Translations under genes and position numbers: made by a program
Source: Verrucomicrobiota bacterium
GTDB taxonomy: Bacteria > Verrucomicrobiota > Verrucomicrobiia > Limisphaerales > CANJXF01
NCBI GenBank assembly: GCA_038214755.1
Contig: JBBQRQ010000018.1
Location: 1-62,736, forward strand
Length of the DNA stretch: 62,736 nucleotides
Reading direction: 5' to 3'
Part shown: in pieces, positions 20,716 to 31,100 of the stretch
How positions within the stretch are numbered: the stretch's first letter is position 1
Layout: each line of letters begins with the position of its first letter
Notes under the pieces: generated by a model
What the model saw: the letters and a program-made list of their open reading frames with translations, nothing else
What the model was told of the DNA's origin: nothing
Database searches by the model: none

Positions 20716-22341
20716 ATGAAATTCTTAAGGCAAAAATTTATTTCGCGGGTTTGCGCCGTTACCTTGTTGTTTAGTTTTTTCGGCTGCGCGTCGCCGCCAA
20801 AAAATAATTCTCTGCGCGCAGAGACTTTTTGGCTTTCTCGCGCCGATTATGAAGACCGCGTTCAAGCCGCGTGGACCGCGCAGATCATCGCGTGCCTCAT
20901 GGGTTTTCAATTCGAGCACAAAGTCGCTTCCACCAAATGGGTTGAGGAATATCCAAAAAAATATTCCGCCGCCCCCGTGGATGACGATTGGTATTACGAA
21001 ATGTGCGCCATTCGCGGTTTTGAAAATTACGGAATCGACATGACCGTTGAGCAACTCGGTGAACAATGGAAAAAAAATTCCTGCGGCTCCTGGGGTTCGA
21101 GCGAGCAGGCGCGATTGCTTTTGGAACGCGGCCTCAAAGCGCCGGACACCGGCCATCCGCGTTACAATAAATTTTGGTTCTCCATCGGCCCCCAATTCAG
21201 CGCGGACATTTACGGATTGCTCGCGCCCGGTATGCCAAACCTCGCTGGGAAACTTGCGCGCAATTTCGGTCACGTGAACGGTTACGCCGAAGGAACGGAC
21301 GGCGCGGTTTTCATGGCTGCAATGGTCAGCCTGGCTTTCGTCGAACACGACACACACGTCATCGTGAGAAAAGCGGCGCGGATGATTCATCCCGCTTCGC
21401 CCTACCGAAAATGCCTCGACGAAATCATCGGGATGGCTGACGCCGGAAAAAGCGCGCAAGAAATCGCCGACGCCATCGAAGACCGCTGGCACACCGAATA
21501 TCCCTGGACCAACAATGCCGTGCCGAATGGCGGAATCGCCGCGCTTGGTGTTTGGTTTGGCGAAGGAGATTTTTTGAAAACGGTGAACATCATTTATCGA
21601 GCAGCCGATTTTACCGATGCCGATTGCAACGCCGCCAACGCCGCCGCCGTTGTTGGAGCGATGCACGGAATGAAATGTTTGCCCAAAAATCTGACCGAGC
21701 CATTGCACGACAGAATTGTTGGCGCGGAAATGGGCGGCGTGAAACTCACTCCATCGGTGAACGAAAAAATTTCTGACCTGGCGAGGCGCACTGTTGCAGT
21801 CGGAGAAAAATTTCTCTTGCGGGACGGAGCAAAAATCTCTGGAGGAAACTTTTCCATTCCAACACAAAGACCGGCCACTCAGCCCGCCGAACTTTTCGCT
21901 CTGGCCGACCTGACGAAGTGGTGGAATCCCGATTGGAAATTGGAACGCGCCGGTTTTGGTGGAACGGTCGGTGGCTCGGGCAACCTTCGCGGCATCACGC
22001 ATCTCGAAGGCGACGTGCTCGCGACCTGGCCACGCGATCCCGTTCGCGGCGTTGTGCTGCGCCGCAATCTGAAATTGAGCGCACAACCTTCTCTGACTTT
22101 TCAAGCTGGAGTTGATGCGGCTCGCGCCTGGAACCTTGAAGTTTACGCCGGAAACAAACGGGTGTTGCAAAAGATCATCGATGGCACGACGGAACAATCC
22201 AGCGAGCGTAAATGGGAAAGCATCCAGGTCGATTTGAGCGCGTTTGCCAATCAGGAGATTCAGTTGCGTTTGTATCAACGCGTTTTACTGCACGACAAAA
22301 TTCCCGGCAATGCGTATTGGAAATCGTTCGAACTAAAATGA
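20716..22341 (+). CDS. ADP-ribosylglycohydrolase family lipoprotein
   Basis: Lipobox FFGC; motifs PVDDDWYYE and DFTDADCNAANAAAVVGA; C-terminal beta-rich domain. Confidence 0.8.
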   Translation: MKFLRQKFISRVCAVTLLFSFFGCASPPKNNSLRAETFWLSRADYEDRVQAAWTAQIIACLMGFQFEHKVASTKWVEEYPKKYSAAPVDDDWYYEMCAIRGFENYGIDMTVEQLGEQWKKNSCGSWGSSEQARLLLERGLKAPDTGHPRYNKFWFSIGPQFSADIYGLLAPGMPNLAGKLARNFGHVNGYAEGTDGAVFMAAMVSLAFVEHDTHVIVRKAARMIHPASPYRKCLDEIIGMADAGKSAQEIADAIEDRWHTEYPWTNNAVPNGGIAALGVWFGEGDFLKTVNIIYRAADFTDADCNAANAAAVVGAMHGMKCLPKNLTEPLHDRIVGAEMGGVKLTPSVNEKISDLARRTVAVGEKFLLRDGAKISGGNFSIPTQRPATQPAELFALADLTKWWNPDWKLERAGFGGTVGGSGNLRGITHLEGDVLATWPRDPVRGVVLRRNLKLSAQPSLTFQAGVDAARAWNLEVYAGNKRVLQKIIDGTTEQSSERKWESIQVDLSAFANQEIQLRLYQRVLLHDKIPGNAYWKSFELK

Positions 22342-22380
22342 CGCAGCGCAAAACGGTGGAGCGCATTTGAGGATCTGAAA

Positions 22381-22532
22381 TCTCATTAACGCCGTGGCTT
22401 TAGCCCGGTGATAAGAGGCAGGACAAAAGTTTTAGCCGTTTTAACGGCTTCGGGGGGGGAAGATAAACCGTTAACGGTTCATCCTCCGTCGATTATCTTT
22501 TTCACCAGGCTAAAGCCACGGTGTTAATGAGA
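22381..22532. repeat. ~150-bp palindromic MITE/REP element
   Basis: TCTCATTAACGCCGTGGCTTTAGCCCGGTGA pairs with TCACCAGGCTAAAGCCACGGTGTTAATGAGA; inner hairpins are present. Confidence 0.8.
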
Positions 22533-22602
22533 GTCGCGCTTGGAACGGCGCACGCCAAATTTCCTTGAGCCGATTTCTTTGGGCGATAACTTCCAATCGT
22601 TC

Positions 22603-23925
22603 ATGAATATTTTTCGCGAATTGCAATGGCGTGGATTGATATCCCAGTTTTCCCATCCCGAAGAGTTCTTTACTAAATACGGTTCGGAGGCTGTTCAAAA
22701 ATTCAATGAGGTAATGGGTTGGGAGAATAAACATCTAACACTTTATTGCGGTTTCGATCCCACCGCCGATTCGCTTCACGTCGGCAATCTTGTTCCGCTC
22801 ATTGCGTTGCGGCGTTTTCAAAATTTTGGGCATAATCCCATCGCTGTGGCCGGTGGTGCAACTGGTTCGATTGGCGATCCGAGCGGCAAAACGCAAGAGC
22901 GGCAATTGCTCACCAAAGAAATTCTCGACCGCAATATTGCCAGCGTGAAGGAGCAATTGAAACGCCTGCTCGATTTTGAAACGAAAACCAATCCAGCGCG
23001 CTTGCTCGATAACGCGAGTTGGACGGCGGGCGTTTCGTTTTTGGATTTTTTGCGCGACATTGGAAAACATTTTTCCGTGAACCAGATGGTCGCCAAAGAA
23101 AGCGTCCGCGCGCGCATGGAGGACCGCGAGGCCGGCATCAGCTACACCGAATTCAGCTACATGCTTTTGCAGGCGTTTGATTTTTACATGCTTTTTCGCG
23201 ACGCGAATTGTGAATTGCAAATCGGCGGCAGCGATCAATGGGGCAACATCACCGCTGGCATCGAACTCACGCGCAAGAAACTTGGCAAACACGTCTTCGG
23301 CCTGACGCTTCCGCTCATTACGAACGCGGACGGAACCAAGTTCGGCAAAACTGAAGCGGGCGCAATCTGGTTGGATGCGAAGCGCACGAGCGTTTACAAA
23401 TTTTATCAATTTTGGATTAACACCGATGATCGCGACGTTATCCGCTACCTGAAATATTTTACCTTTTTGAATCGCGAAGAAATTGAAGCGCTGGAAAAAG
23501 CGCACAATGAAAATCCCGGCGCGCGCGCGGCACACAAAGCGTTGGCCAAAACTGTGACTGATTTAATTCACGGCGAGAACGCAACTGCGGAAGCCGTTCG
23601 CGCCAGCGAAATTCTTTTCGGCGGCGGACTCGGAGGAATGGCCGAAACCACTTTCAACGAAATCATCGGCGAAGTTCCGACGAAGGATCTGGAAAAATCA
23701 AAACTCGACGGCGCAGGAATTCCGCTTGTTGAATTGCTCGTTCATTCCGGCCTTTGTCCATCAAAAGGACAGGCGCGAAAAGACGTCGAAGGCGGTGGAG
23801 TTAATATCAACAACGTTCGCGAAACGAATTTTCAACGCGCCGTGACCACAACCGATTTGCTTTTCGGTAAACACATTCTCCTGCGCAGAGGAAAAAAGAA
23901 TTACGTCATCGTGACCGCGAAATAG
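22603..23925 (+). CDS. tyrS: tyrosine--tRNA ligase
   Basis: YCGFDPTADSLHVGN (HIGH), QIGGSDQWGNI, KFGKT (KMSKS), C-terminal S4 domain. Confidence 0.97.
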   Translation: MNIFRELQWRGLISQFSHPEEFFTKYGSEAVQKFNEVMGWENKHLTLYCGFDPTADSLHVGNLVPLIALRRFQNFGHNPIAVAGGATGSIGDPSGKTQERQLLTKEILDRNIASVKEQLKRLLDFETKTNPARLLDNASWTAGVSFLDFLRDIGKHFSVNQMVAKESVRARMEDREAGISYTEFSYMLLQAFDFYMLFRDANCELQIGGSDQWGNITAGIELTRKKLGKHVFGLTLPLITNADGTKFGKTEAGAIWLDAKRTSVYKFYQFWINTDDRDVIRYLKYFTFLNREEIEALEKAHNENPGARAAHKALAKTVTDLIHGENATAEAVRASEILFGGGLGGMAETTFNEIIGEVPTKDLEKSKLDGAGIPLVELLVHSGLCPSKGQARKDVEGGGVNINNVRETNFQRAVTTTDLLFGKHILLRRGKKNYVIVTAK

Positions 23926-24051
23926 CTGACAACTCGGGTTTCCTCACGGCGAGTTAACCGGTCCAGCCGGATTTTTTTCCGGTTGCGTCAATAAATACGC
24001 GACTGAGTCGAACGTGAAACAAACCCATTCCATGGCGCGTCCCGTGATTGA

Positions 24052-25272
24052 TCATTTCGCCAACACTTCTTTCACCAGGCGGTCATCCCCATCATTCGGT
24101 GCGGGTCTTAGGCCGAGCGTTGCGCAAAGTAAATTATAGAGGTGAACATTTTCCACCGGCTTGATCGTGACGCCGCGTCGAAATGCAGGCCCCCACGCGA
24201 TGAATGTGGCGCCCATCGAATCCAGCTCAGGATCGAAACCGTGCGTCGCCTTGTTGGGCGTGAGGGAACGATTGCGCAAATACCAGCCATCGTCCGCAAC
24301 TAAAATAACCGGAGGAATACGCGGGTTTGCGGTGAAGTGAAAACGCGCCGGCATAGTTTCCCGACGATATACGCGGAAGTTTTTTTCCTTGGATTTACAT
24401 GCGTCGTAAAGCGCGTCCACGTTTCCATCCAACGGACGCAACCCCGCGAGCGCGCCGGAAAAGTCCACCTGCACTTTTTCCAAATCGACGAAATCGCCGA
24501 GCACGATCATTCGGTTCTGGCTGATTTCCTTCATCCCGTGATCAGAGACGATGATCACATTCGCGACGTCACCCAATTTGCGTTGATGAATTCCATCAAT
24601 GAGGTGACCAATGGCGTCGTCCACCAGCTTCACCGCCTCGGACATTTTTGGGGAATCGGGGCCGTCGTGATGCCCCGCGCTGTCCACATGATGAAAATAA
24701 GTCATCAATAGGCTCGCGCGTTTTTCCACGGGTTGATCGAGCCAAACCAATACCGGCTCGACACAGCCAATCGGATCAGGATCTTTTTCAAAAGGTCTGA
24801 ATTCCGTCGGCAAAACCCCCGCCATTTTCACGCCTGTCCCCGGCCAGAACATGCAGTTGGCTCTCAATCCCTGTTTGACCGACGTCGCCCAAATTGGTTC
24901 GCCGCTCCACCAAAAAGAATCTTCCGGTTTGTATTTATTGAACGCAAAACTTTCTTTGCGTTCCGGATCGAAAAAATTGTTGTGAATCACGCCGTGATGT
25001 TCCGGGCGCAAACCAGTGACGATCGTTTGATGATTCGGAAACGTCATGGTCGGAAACACAGGGATCAATTTCTCCGCGTGAACTCCTTCTGCCGCCAGCT
25101 TCATTAAGTGCGGCGGCTTGAATTTCTGCAAATAGTCGGCGCGAAACGCATCAATCGAAATAAGGATCAAACTCCGTTCGCGCGGCGGAACGGAGTTTGT
25201 CTCAGCCCGAGTTTGAGAAACGAGCAGGAGAAGGAGAGCGAACCGAATCAACCAGCGAGAAATTATTTTCAT
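24052..25272 (-). CDS. nucleotide pyrophosphatase/phosphodiesterase (alkaline phosphatase superfamily)
   Basis: Motifs LISIDAFRADY, FPTMTFPNH, IIVSDHGM, THGFDP. Confidence 0.92.
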   Translation of the reverse strand: MKIISRWLIRFALLLLLVSQTRAETNSVPPRERSLILISIDAFRADYLQKFKPPHLMKLAAEGVHAEKLIPVFPTMTFPNHQTIVTGLRPEHHGVIHNNFFDPERKESFAFNKYKPEDSFWWSGEPIWATSVKQGLRANCMFWPGTGVKMAGVLPTEFRPFEKDPDPIGCVEPVLVWLDQPVEKRASLLMTYFHHVDSAGHHDGPDSPKMSEAVKLVDDAIGHLIDGIHQRKLGDVANVIIVSDHGMKEISQNRMIVLGDFVDLEKVQVDFSGALAGLRPLDGNVDALYDACKSKEKNFRVYRRETMPARFHFTANPRIPPVILVADDGWYLRNRSLTPNKATHGFDPELDSMGATFIAWGPAFRRGVTIKPVENVHLYNLLCATLGLRPAPNDGDDRLVKEVLAK

Positions 25273-25384
25273 GTCATTTCAAATAGTTCAGGGGATTGAA
25301 CTGCGAACGAATAACGATTTGCAATTAAACATTGGCGTGTTACTTAACTCCCCCCGTTTCCAAAACGAGCGGGTCAAAAAATTT

Positions 25385-25540
25385 ATGTCACAGCATCGCA
25401 GTCTCCGCGCCGCCAGCAACACCGGCGGCAAACGTAACGTCCTCAAAAGATTTGAACGTGTCGCCATATTGAAAAAACGCGGCCAATGGAAAGAGGGCGA
25501 CCGCGTCAGCGGATTGCGCAAAACCAAACCCGACGCCTGA
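25385..25540 (+). CDS. PVC superphylum small basic protein
   Basis: MSQHRSLR...KRNVLKRFERVAILKKRGQWKEGDRVSGLRKTK matches the family as I recall it. Confidence 0.88.
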   Translation: MSQHRSLRAASNTGGKRNVLKRFERVAILKKRGQWKEGDRVSGLRKTKPDA

Positions 25541-25544
25541 AACC

Positions 25545-25630
25545 AACGCGAAACGCGAAACGCGAAACGCGGAATCCGTGACGAGCCGTATTTACTTTTT
25601 TCCGCGTTCCGCGTTCTGCGTTCCGCGTTT
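25545..25630. repeat. inverted heptamer tandem repeats
   Basis: AACGCGA-type units followed by TTCCGCG/TTCTGCG units. Confidence 0.75.
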
Positions 25631-25635
25631 CTCTT

Positions 25636-26346
25636 ATGGTTCGCTTGCAAAAATTTTTGGCAGACGCCGGGTTGGCTTCGCGACGCGCCAGTGAGAAAAT
25701 TATTTTGGATGGTCAAGTTGCGGTGAATGGCAAGGTCGTGCGCGAACTGGGAACGAAGATCGACCCGGATCACGATCGCGTAGAGGTCGATGGGCGCCGG
25801 ATAAAATCCAAGCGCAAGATTTACGTGGCATTGCACAAGCCGCGAAAATTTCTTTGCGCGCGCGACGAAAGTTCTCCGCGCCGGCTGGTGGGCGATTTGC
25901 TTCCGCGCGAATGGAACAATCTGTATTCGGTGGGCCGCCTGGATTACGAAAGCGAGGGATTGATTTTCCTGACGAACGATGGCGATTTCTGTTTGCGCCT
26001 GACTCACCCGCGCTATGGCGTTCGCAAAACTTATCTGGCCACAGTCGAAGGAAAAGTTAGACCTGAGATCGTGCGAAAGTTAACTCAGGGAATCGAAGAG
26101 GGCGGCGACATTTTGAAAGCGGAAAAAGCGCGTTTGGTGTCGGCGACCAATAGCAGCAGTGTGGTAGAGCTGGAAATGAGCGAAGGAAAAAATCGCGAAG
26201 TGCGCCGGATGTTCGAGGCTCAAGGATTGACGGTGAACCGGCTGCAACGAACAAAAATCGGGCCGATCAAGCTCGGAGAATTGCCCGAAGGAAAATGGCG
26301 GACATTGACAGAAGCCGAGATTAAATCTCTACTTCCCAAGTTATGA
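25636..26346 (+). CDS. rRNA pseudouridine synthase (RluB/RsuA family)
   Basis: Motifs RLQKFLADAGLASRR (S4), VGRLDYESEGL, EGKNREVRRM. Confidence 0.93.
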   Translation: MVRLQKFLADAGLASRRASEKIILDGQVAVNGKVVRELGTKIDPDHDRVEVDGRRIKSKRKIYVALHKPRKFLCARDESSPRRLVGDLLPREWNNLYSVGRLDYESEGLIFLTNDGDFCLRLTHPRYGVRKTYLATVEGKVRPEIVRKLTQGIEEGGDILKAEKARLVSATNSSSVVELEMSEGKNREVRRMFEAQGLTVNRLQRTKIGPIKLGELPEGKWRTLTEAEIKSLLPKL

Positions 26347-27458
26347 AAATGATAAATGGTTTTATTTTAGCTCTGATAATTTCAACCTCGCCTGTTGTGG
26401 CGGAAACAAATTCGCCCGCGCCCGTTGCGCCCTCCTCGCCGACGGTTGCGCCTTCGACAAATACCGCGCCGGAAATTGCTCCCGCCAAAAAAACAAAAGC
26501 CAAAGCAAAACCGACCGCAAAGAAATCCAAAAAAACAAAAGCGCCCGCCAAAGCTCCGAAGACCGCTCCGTCCGCTGAGCCTTCCTCCCTAAAACCCACG
26601 AGCCACGTCGCGATTGAGCCGCCGGATAATGGCCTCGTTCTCCAGCGCAACGTCAATGTTCGAGGCCAACCTTCTTTCATCGGCGAAGTGATTACCAAGT
26701 TGCACAAGGGAGAAACAGTCAAGCTGCTCGAAGAAATTACTCTCGGAAAAACCAAACAGGACGAGCCTTCGCAATGGTTCCGCATCGCCATGCCGAGCAA
26801 CACGCCGGTGTGGGTCAACGCCAGTTTCCTCGATCAGGCCGGGAAAACGGTCGTGCCAAAAAGATTAAAAGTTCGCGCCGGTCCCGGAGAAAATTTCAGT
26901 GTGGTCGGCTTCTTGAAAAAAGGCGATGTGGTCAAAGAAATTCGCACCGTCAGCGAGTGGAGCGAAATCGAAACGCCGCCCGACACTTACGCTTTTGTCG
27001 CCGCTGATTTGATCGAGAGGACTCCCGCCGCGCCGATCATAACTCCGCCGGCGGTTGTCGCGCCGGAAGTCGTCGCGGTTCCGCCGACACAAGTCAACGC
27101 CCCGCCGCCCGCCGTCGAAGCTCCCGCGACTACTCCTCCAGCTACGCCGCCGCCCGCGGAAAATGTGACGCCAACTGTGGTGCCCGCCACTCCCCCGCCG
27201 GTTGAGGAACCGTTGCCCAAACGCATCGTCACGCGGGAAGGAATCGTCCGTCGTTCGATCAATATCCAAACACCCTCTTACTTTGCATTGGAAAATCCCG
27301 AGACGCGAAAAATCATCAATTACCTCTACAATCCGCAGCCCGGTTTCACTTTGAAAAGTTGGATCGGCATGAACGTCGTCGTCACCGGTGAAGAATCCAT
27401 CGACAAACGCTGGCCCAACACACCGGTCATCGAAATCGAAACCATCGACCCGCGTTGA
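26343..27458 (+). CDS. exported SH3-domain protein with Pro/Lys-rich linkers
   Basis: Two bacterial SH3-like repeats (NVNVRGQPS, LKVRAGPG). Confidence 0.8.
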   Translation: MKMINGFILALIISTSPVVAETNSPAPVAPSSPTVAPSTNTAPEIAPAKKTKAKAKPTAKKSKKTKAPAKAPKTAPSAEPSSLKPTSHVAIEPPDNGLVLQRNVNVRGQPSFIGEVITKLHKGETVKLLEEITLGKTKQDEPSQWFRIAMPSNTPVWVNASFLDQAGKTVVPKRLKVRAGPGENFSVVGFLKKGDVVKEIRTVSEWSEIETPPDTYAFVAADLIERTPAAPIITPPAVVAPEVVAVPPTQVNAPPPAVEAPATTPPATPPPAENVTPTVVPATPPPVEEPLPKRIVTREGIVRRSINIQTPSYFALENPETRKIINYLYNPQPGFTLKSWIGMNVVVTGEESIDKRWPNTPVIEIETIDPR

Positions 27459-28342
27459 CCGTGGAGAATTTGATCGACGGTCGCGCGCTTGCCGAACAAC
27501 TCCACGAGGAAACCGCGCGCCGCCTCGCCGCTCTCAAAGCGCGCGGCATCCAGCCGAAATTATTTTTTGTCCGCGTCGGAGAAGATCCCGCCTCACAAAT
27601 TTACGTCGGCATGAAATCGCGCACCTGCGCGCGCCTCGGCATTTTGTCGGAGACAAAAGTTCTTCGCGAAACTGCTTCCGAAGAAGAATTGATTGCGGTC
27701 GTCCATGGCCTCAACGAGGATCGGGCGGTTCACGGAATTCTGGTGCAAGCGCCGTTGCCAAAACAAATCAGCGAGACAAAAATTTTCTCCGCCGTTTCCC
27801 CGCAAAAAGATGTCGATGGTTTTCACCCCGTCAATATCGGCAAGTTGCTCCTCGGCGACACGACGGGATTTGCTCCCTGCACTCCGGCTGGCATTCACGA
27901 ATTGTTGATCCGCTCGCAAATAAAAATTGCCGGCGCGGAAGTGGTGGTGCTTGGTCGTGGAAATATTGTGGGCAAACCGATGGCCGCAATCCTGATGCAA
28001 AAAGGAAAAAACGCCAACGCCACCGTCACCATTTGTCACTCGCAAACGCGTGACATTGTGGGGCATTGTCAGCGCGCGGATATTCTCATCGCGGCCATTG
28101 GCGTCGCTGAATTTGTCAAAGCGGAAATGGTGAACCCCGGGACCACCGTCATTGACGTCGGAGTGAATCGCGTCAACGATCCTTTCGCAAAAGGCGGTTC
28201 GCGTTTAGTCGGCGACGTGGATTTTGCGGCTGTGCAAAAAGTGGCCGGAAAAATCACGCCCAACCCTGGCGGTGTCGGGCCGATGACCATCGCCATGTTG
28301 TTACGAAACACCGTTCGCGCCGCGGAACTGGCAACGCGCTAA
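27455..28342 (+). CDS. folD: bifunctional methylenetetrahydrofolate dehydrogenase/cyclohydrolase
   Basis: Motifs GILVQAPLP, KDVDGFHPVN, PCTPAG, TPNPGGVGPMT. Confidence 0.96.
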   Translation: MTVENLIDGRALAEQLHEETARRLAALKARGIQPKLFFVRVGEDPASQIYVGMKSRTCARLGILSETKVLRETASEEELIAVVHGLNEDRAVHGILVQAPLPKQISETKIFSAVSPQKDVDGFHPVNIGKLLLGDTTGFAPCTPAGIHELLIRSQIKIAGAEVVVLGRGNIVGKPMAAILMQKGKNANATVTICHSQTRDIVGHCQRADILIAAIGVAEFVKAEMVNPGTTVIDVGVNRVNDPFAKGGSRLVGDVDFAAVQKVAGKITPNPGGVGPMTIAMLLRNTVRAAELATR

Positions 28343-28376
28343 GTTTTTAATTTGTAATTTTTAATTTTGAATTCTC

Positions 28377-28817
28377 ATGCAAGCCTCCCGAATTTTACCC
28401 GACCTGCAATGTTCTCTCGTCTGCGAAGACGTGCGCCTGGAAGCCAACGGAAATTTGATCCTCATCGGCGTGATTGATTTGATTCGCGTGCCGCAACTTC
28501 CCGTCACGGCGGGGAAGCTTTGTATTTTCAATCGTTGGACCGCCGGGTTCGGGCAATTTACGGAAACGGTTCGATTGATTGCTCCAGACCAGACTACCGT
28601 TCTCGGAAAAAGAGAGATGAAATTCGGTCTCGAAAACGCCGCGCGCAATGCCACTAATGTGACCGTGTTTAGCCCCGTTCATTTTGAATTCGCCGGAACT
28701 TATTACGTGGAAATTTCCGTGGATGACGTGATGAAAATCCGTTTCCCATTACCCGTTGTCGTTGTCCCGCCGCCGACCGGAGCGCAACCGCAAAATCCGA
28801 CAGCAGGCACGACGTAG
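28377..28817 (+). CDS. hypothetical protein (DUF6941-like)
   Basis: LVCEDVRLEANGNLILIGV motif; beta-rich with FEFAGTYYVEI. Confidence 0.7.
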   Translation: MQASRILPDLQCSLVCEDVRLEANGNLILIGVIDLIRVPQLPVTAGKLCIFNRWTAGFGQFTETVRLIAPDQTTVLGKREMKFGLENAARNATNVTVFSPVHFEFAGTYYVEISVDDVMKIRFPLPVVVVPPPTGAQPQNPTAGTT

Positions 28818-28944
28818 CGCAGGCTTCCAGTCCCGCTCGCGGGATTCGGAGTTTCCAGAGTTCAGTGGAGATCGGCGTTAGAGGTACGAGCGAAGCTTCG
28901 TGCGTAAGGGCGACCAAGCGACAAATTTTGAACCGATGGACGAC

Positions 28945-29090
28945 GGGCGGATCTCGACACTGCCACCCAACCGCGACAAAATTTTTCCCGCGCGACGGAG
29001 CGCCGGTTTGTAACCGGCTTTGAATCAATGCGCCGCGGCCAAGCCGGTTGCAAACCGGCGCTCCGATGGTGGTGGTGTCAAGATGCGCCC
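28945..29090. mobile_element. MITE (146 bp) with 9-bp target duplication ATGGACGAC
   Basis: TIRs GGGCGGATCTCGACAC / GTGTCAAGATGCGCCC, with ATGGACGAC at 28936-28944 and 29091-29099. Contains a GGAGCGCCGGTTTG REP doublet. Confidence 0.85.
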
Positions 29091-29921
29091 ATGGACGACG
29101 TTCCCGAAAAACCCGTTGCCGATTACGCGATGCCAGAAATCAAACTGGCGAGCGCGTGGCAGCCATTCACCCCGCGCGGCGTCGCTGCCTTCGCTCCCGC
29201 GCGCCCGTCGAGAGTATTCGTTTTAAAACTAAGCGTTGCTCTCCTGGCAACGGCGGCGGTGATTTGGTTTCTGAAAACGAATTATTTTCCATCCATTTCG
29301 GAAGCGATAAAGAATTTGCCCGACGAAGCCGCTTTGCAGAATGGCGCGTTGACAAATGTCGTCTCGGGAATTTTGACTCAGAGAAAATTTCTCTCTACGT
29401 TGATTGAAATGGAGGAGACGGGGCGCGCTGGACAAACCTCTGACGTGCAACTGGAATTGCACCGGAATTATTTTCAGATTTGTTCGCTGTTGGGTTGCGC
29501 GCAGTTTGACTATCCGAAGGAAAATATTTCTGTGGGACGCTCAACGTCCGAGCCGTGGTGGGGCGCGCGGCAGCCAGTAATTTGGATCATTTGCAGCGCG
29601 ACTATTTTAGCTGGCCTTTGGTTGGTTTGGGAAATTCTGGCGATCCTTTACGCGCCGCTGGCAAAATTAATCGCGTATTTTTTAAACCGCGAATTATCCT
29701 GGAGGGGAAGCTGGCGGCTCGCTTTCGCCGCGCAAATGACCGGCGCGCTTTTGCTGAGCTTCGGCGTTATTTTGTACGGGCTGCAGGTGTTCGATCTCAT
29801 TGGGTTTCTATTTTTCTTCGGCTCGCATTTTGTTGTGGCGTGGGTTTACGTTTTTTCCGCGCCCTTTTTTCTGCCGCGCGTTTTGTTCACGACTCCAACA
29901 AATCCCTTTTTCTCAAATTAG
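29091..29921 (+). CDS. multi-pass membrane hypothetical protein
   Basis: Starts MDDVPEK at the duplicated ATG; several hydrophobic segments. Confidence 0.75.
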   Translation: MDDVPEKPVADYAMPEIKLASAWQPFTPRGVAAFAPARPSRVFVLKLSVALLATAAVIWFLKTNYFPSISEAIKNLPDEAALQNGALTNVVSGILTQRKFLSTLIEMEETGRAGQTSDVQLELHRNYFQICSLLGCAQFDYPKENISVGRSTSEPWWGARQPVIWIICSATILAGLWLVWEILAILYAPLAKLIAYFLNRELSWRGSWRLAFAAQMTGALLLSFGVILYGLQVFDLIGFLFFFGSHFVVAWVYVFSAPFFLPRVLFTTPTNPFFSN

Positions 29922-29938
29922 TTTGGATCAACAAAAGC

Positions 29939-30078
29939 CGGGTAGCATCTGCCTCCGGCGGGTGCGAAGTCGTTTCTGATTTCAGCGTTGGATGTTCGAT
30001 GTTTTCTTTCAATTTTACACATCGAACGCTGAGTATCGAATGAGTGTCTTCGCACCCGCCGGAGGCAGATGCTACCCG
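29939..30078. repeat. REP doublet enclosing heptamer repeats
   Basis: Same family as 12280-12388 and 20545-20696. Confidence 0.8.
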
Positions 30079-30157
30079 CGAAAAAATCCAATCCCCATTT
30101 GCTCTTTCGCCTTTTCTTCCCTCGACATTCGCAATTCGCCCCTTGAAATTTCCGCCC

Positions 30158-30664
30158 ATGTCTTTGCCGTATAAAGTTGCGACGCTGCTTTATTGCTTCA
30201 ACGACCGCGAAGAAATTCTTTTGCTCGAACGAACGCAGGAACCCAATTGCGGGTGCTGGAGTCCATGCGGGGGAAAGTTGTTGATGGAGATCGGCGAGTC
30301 GCCCTACGCCTGCGCCTGCCGCGAAGCCGAGGAAGAAATCGGCTTGAAAATTCAAGCGTCCGATCTGCATCTCTTTGGCGTCATCAGCGAGCACGCCTAT
30401 CAAGGACAAACGCACTGGCTCATTTTTCTTTTTGAAATTAAAACGCGTCTCGCAAAATTACCGCCGGTCCATCGCGAAGGAAAATTCGGGTTCTTTCGCT
30501 CGGACGAATTGGCTTCTCTGAAAATGCCGGCCAGTGATCTTGAACAAATCTGGCCGCTGTTTTGGAAATATCGCCACGGATTTTTCGCCGCGCATTGCCA
30601 TTGCCGCCCCGATGTCGCGAACGAATGGGTGATTGAAGAAAGTCGAACTGCGAATGGGGAATGA
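30158..30664 (+). CDS. NUDIX hydrolase
   Basis: Nudix box GGKLLMEIGESPYACACREAEEEIGL. Confidence 0.9.
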   Translation: MSLPYKVATLLYCFNDREEILLLERTQEPNCGCWSPCGGKLLMEIGESPYACACREAEEEIGLKIQASDLHLFGVISEHAYQGQTHWLIFLFEIKTRLAKLPPVHREGKFGFFRSDELASLKMPASDLEQIWPLFWKYRHGFFAAHCHCRPDVANEWVIEESRTANGE

Positions 30665-30698
30665 AATTTTGCAGCCTATGTAAGTGTAGGCGGCGTGG

Positions 30699-31100
30699 TC
30701 ACTGAGCACAAAGATAAAAGTCCTGAAACCTGCCCTCGGCGTCAAAAAACAACCAAGTCATCGTCCACATTGTCGAGTGAAACAAAATGGTCGGGTAACG
30801 CACCTCGCCCTCTCGCACTCGAACGAATGAAGTGCTCGGCTCTCGTGACAGCCAATCCTTGAGTGCCGGGTGATTGGTGCTGCTGCGCGAATAGTCCGTG
30901 AACTCGAAGGCAAGTGCCTGTGTGACCTGCTGCATCGAGGCGTGCTGTCTCAACAGTGGTGCAAGCACCGCCTCTCGCTCCCGATACTCGCGCCCCGGGG
31001 GGCCATACTTGTGGTAGCAACCGACGGCAATCGCCAGTGCCGCGAACAGTGCGACGAGAACGCCGACTCCGACGAGTACCCATTTGGCGATGGTGGGCAT
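30699..31100 (-). CDS. hypothetical membrane-anchored protein in a gene-cassette-like insert
   Basis: N-terminal TM helix; visibly more GC-rich than its neighbours. Flanked by GTTAGGCGGCGT / ACGCCGCCTAC inverted motifs. Confidence 0.65.
   Translation of the reverse strand: MPTIAKWVLVGVGVLVALFAALAIAVGCYHKYGPPGREYREREAVLAPLLRQHASMQQVTQALAFEFTDYSRSSTNHPALKDWLSREPSTSFVRVREGEVRYPTILFHSTMWTMTWLFFDAEGRFQDFYLCAQ

Noticed and set aside
20725..22278. 517-aa minus-strand ORF
   Set aside because: Antisense shadow of the ADP-ribosylglycohydrolase gene, with no recognisable motifs.
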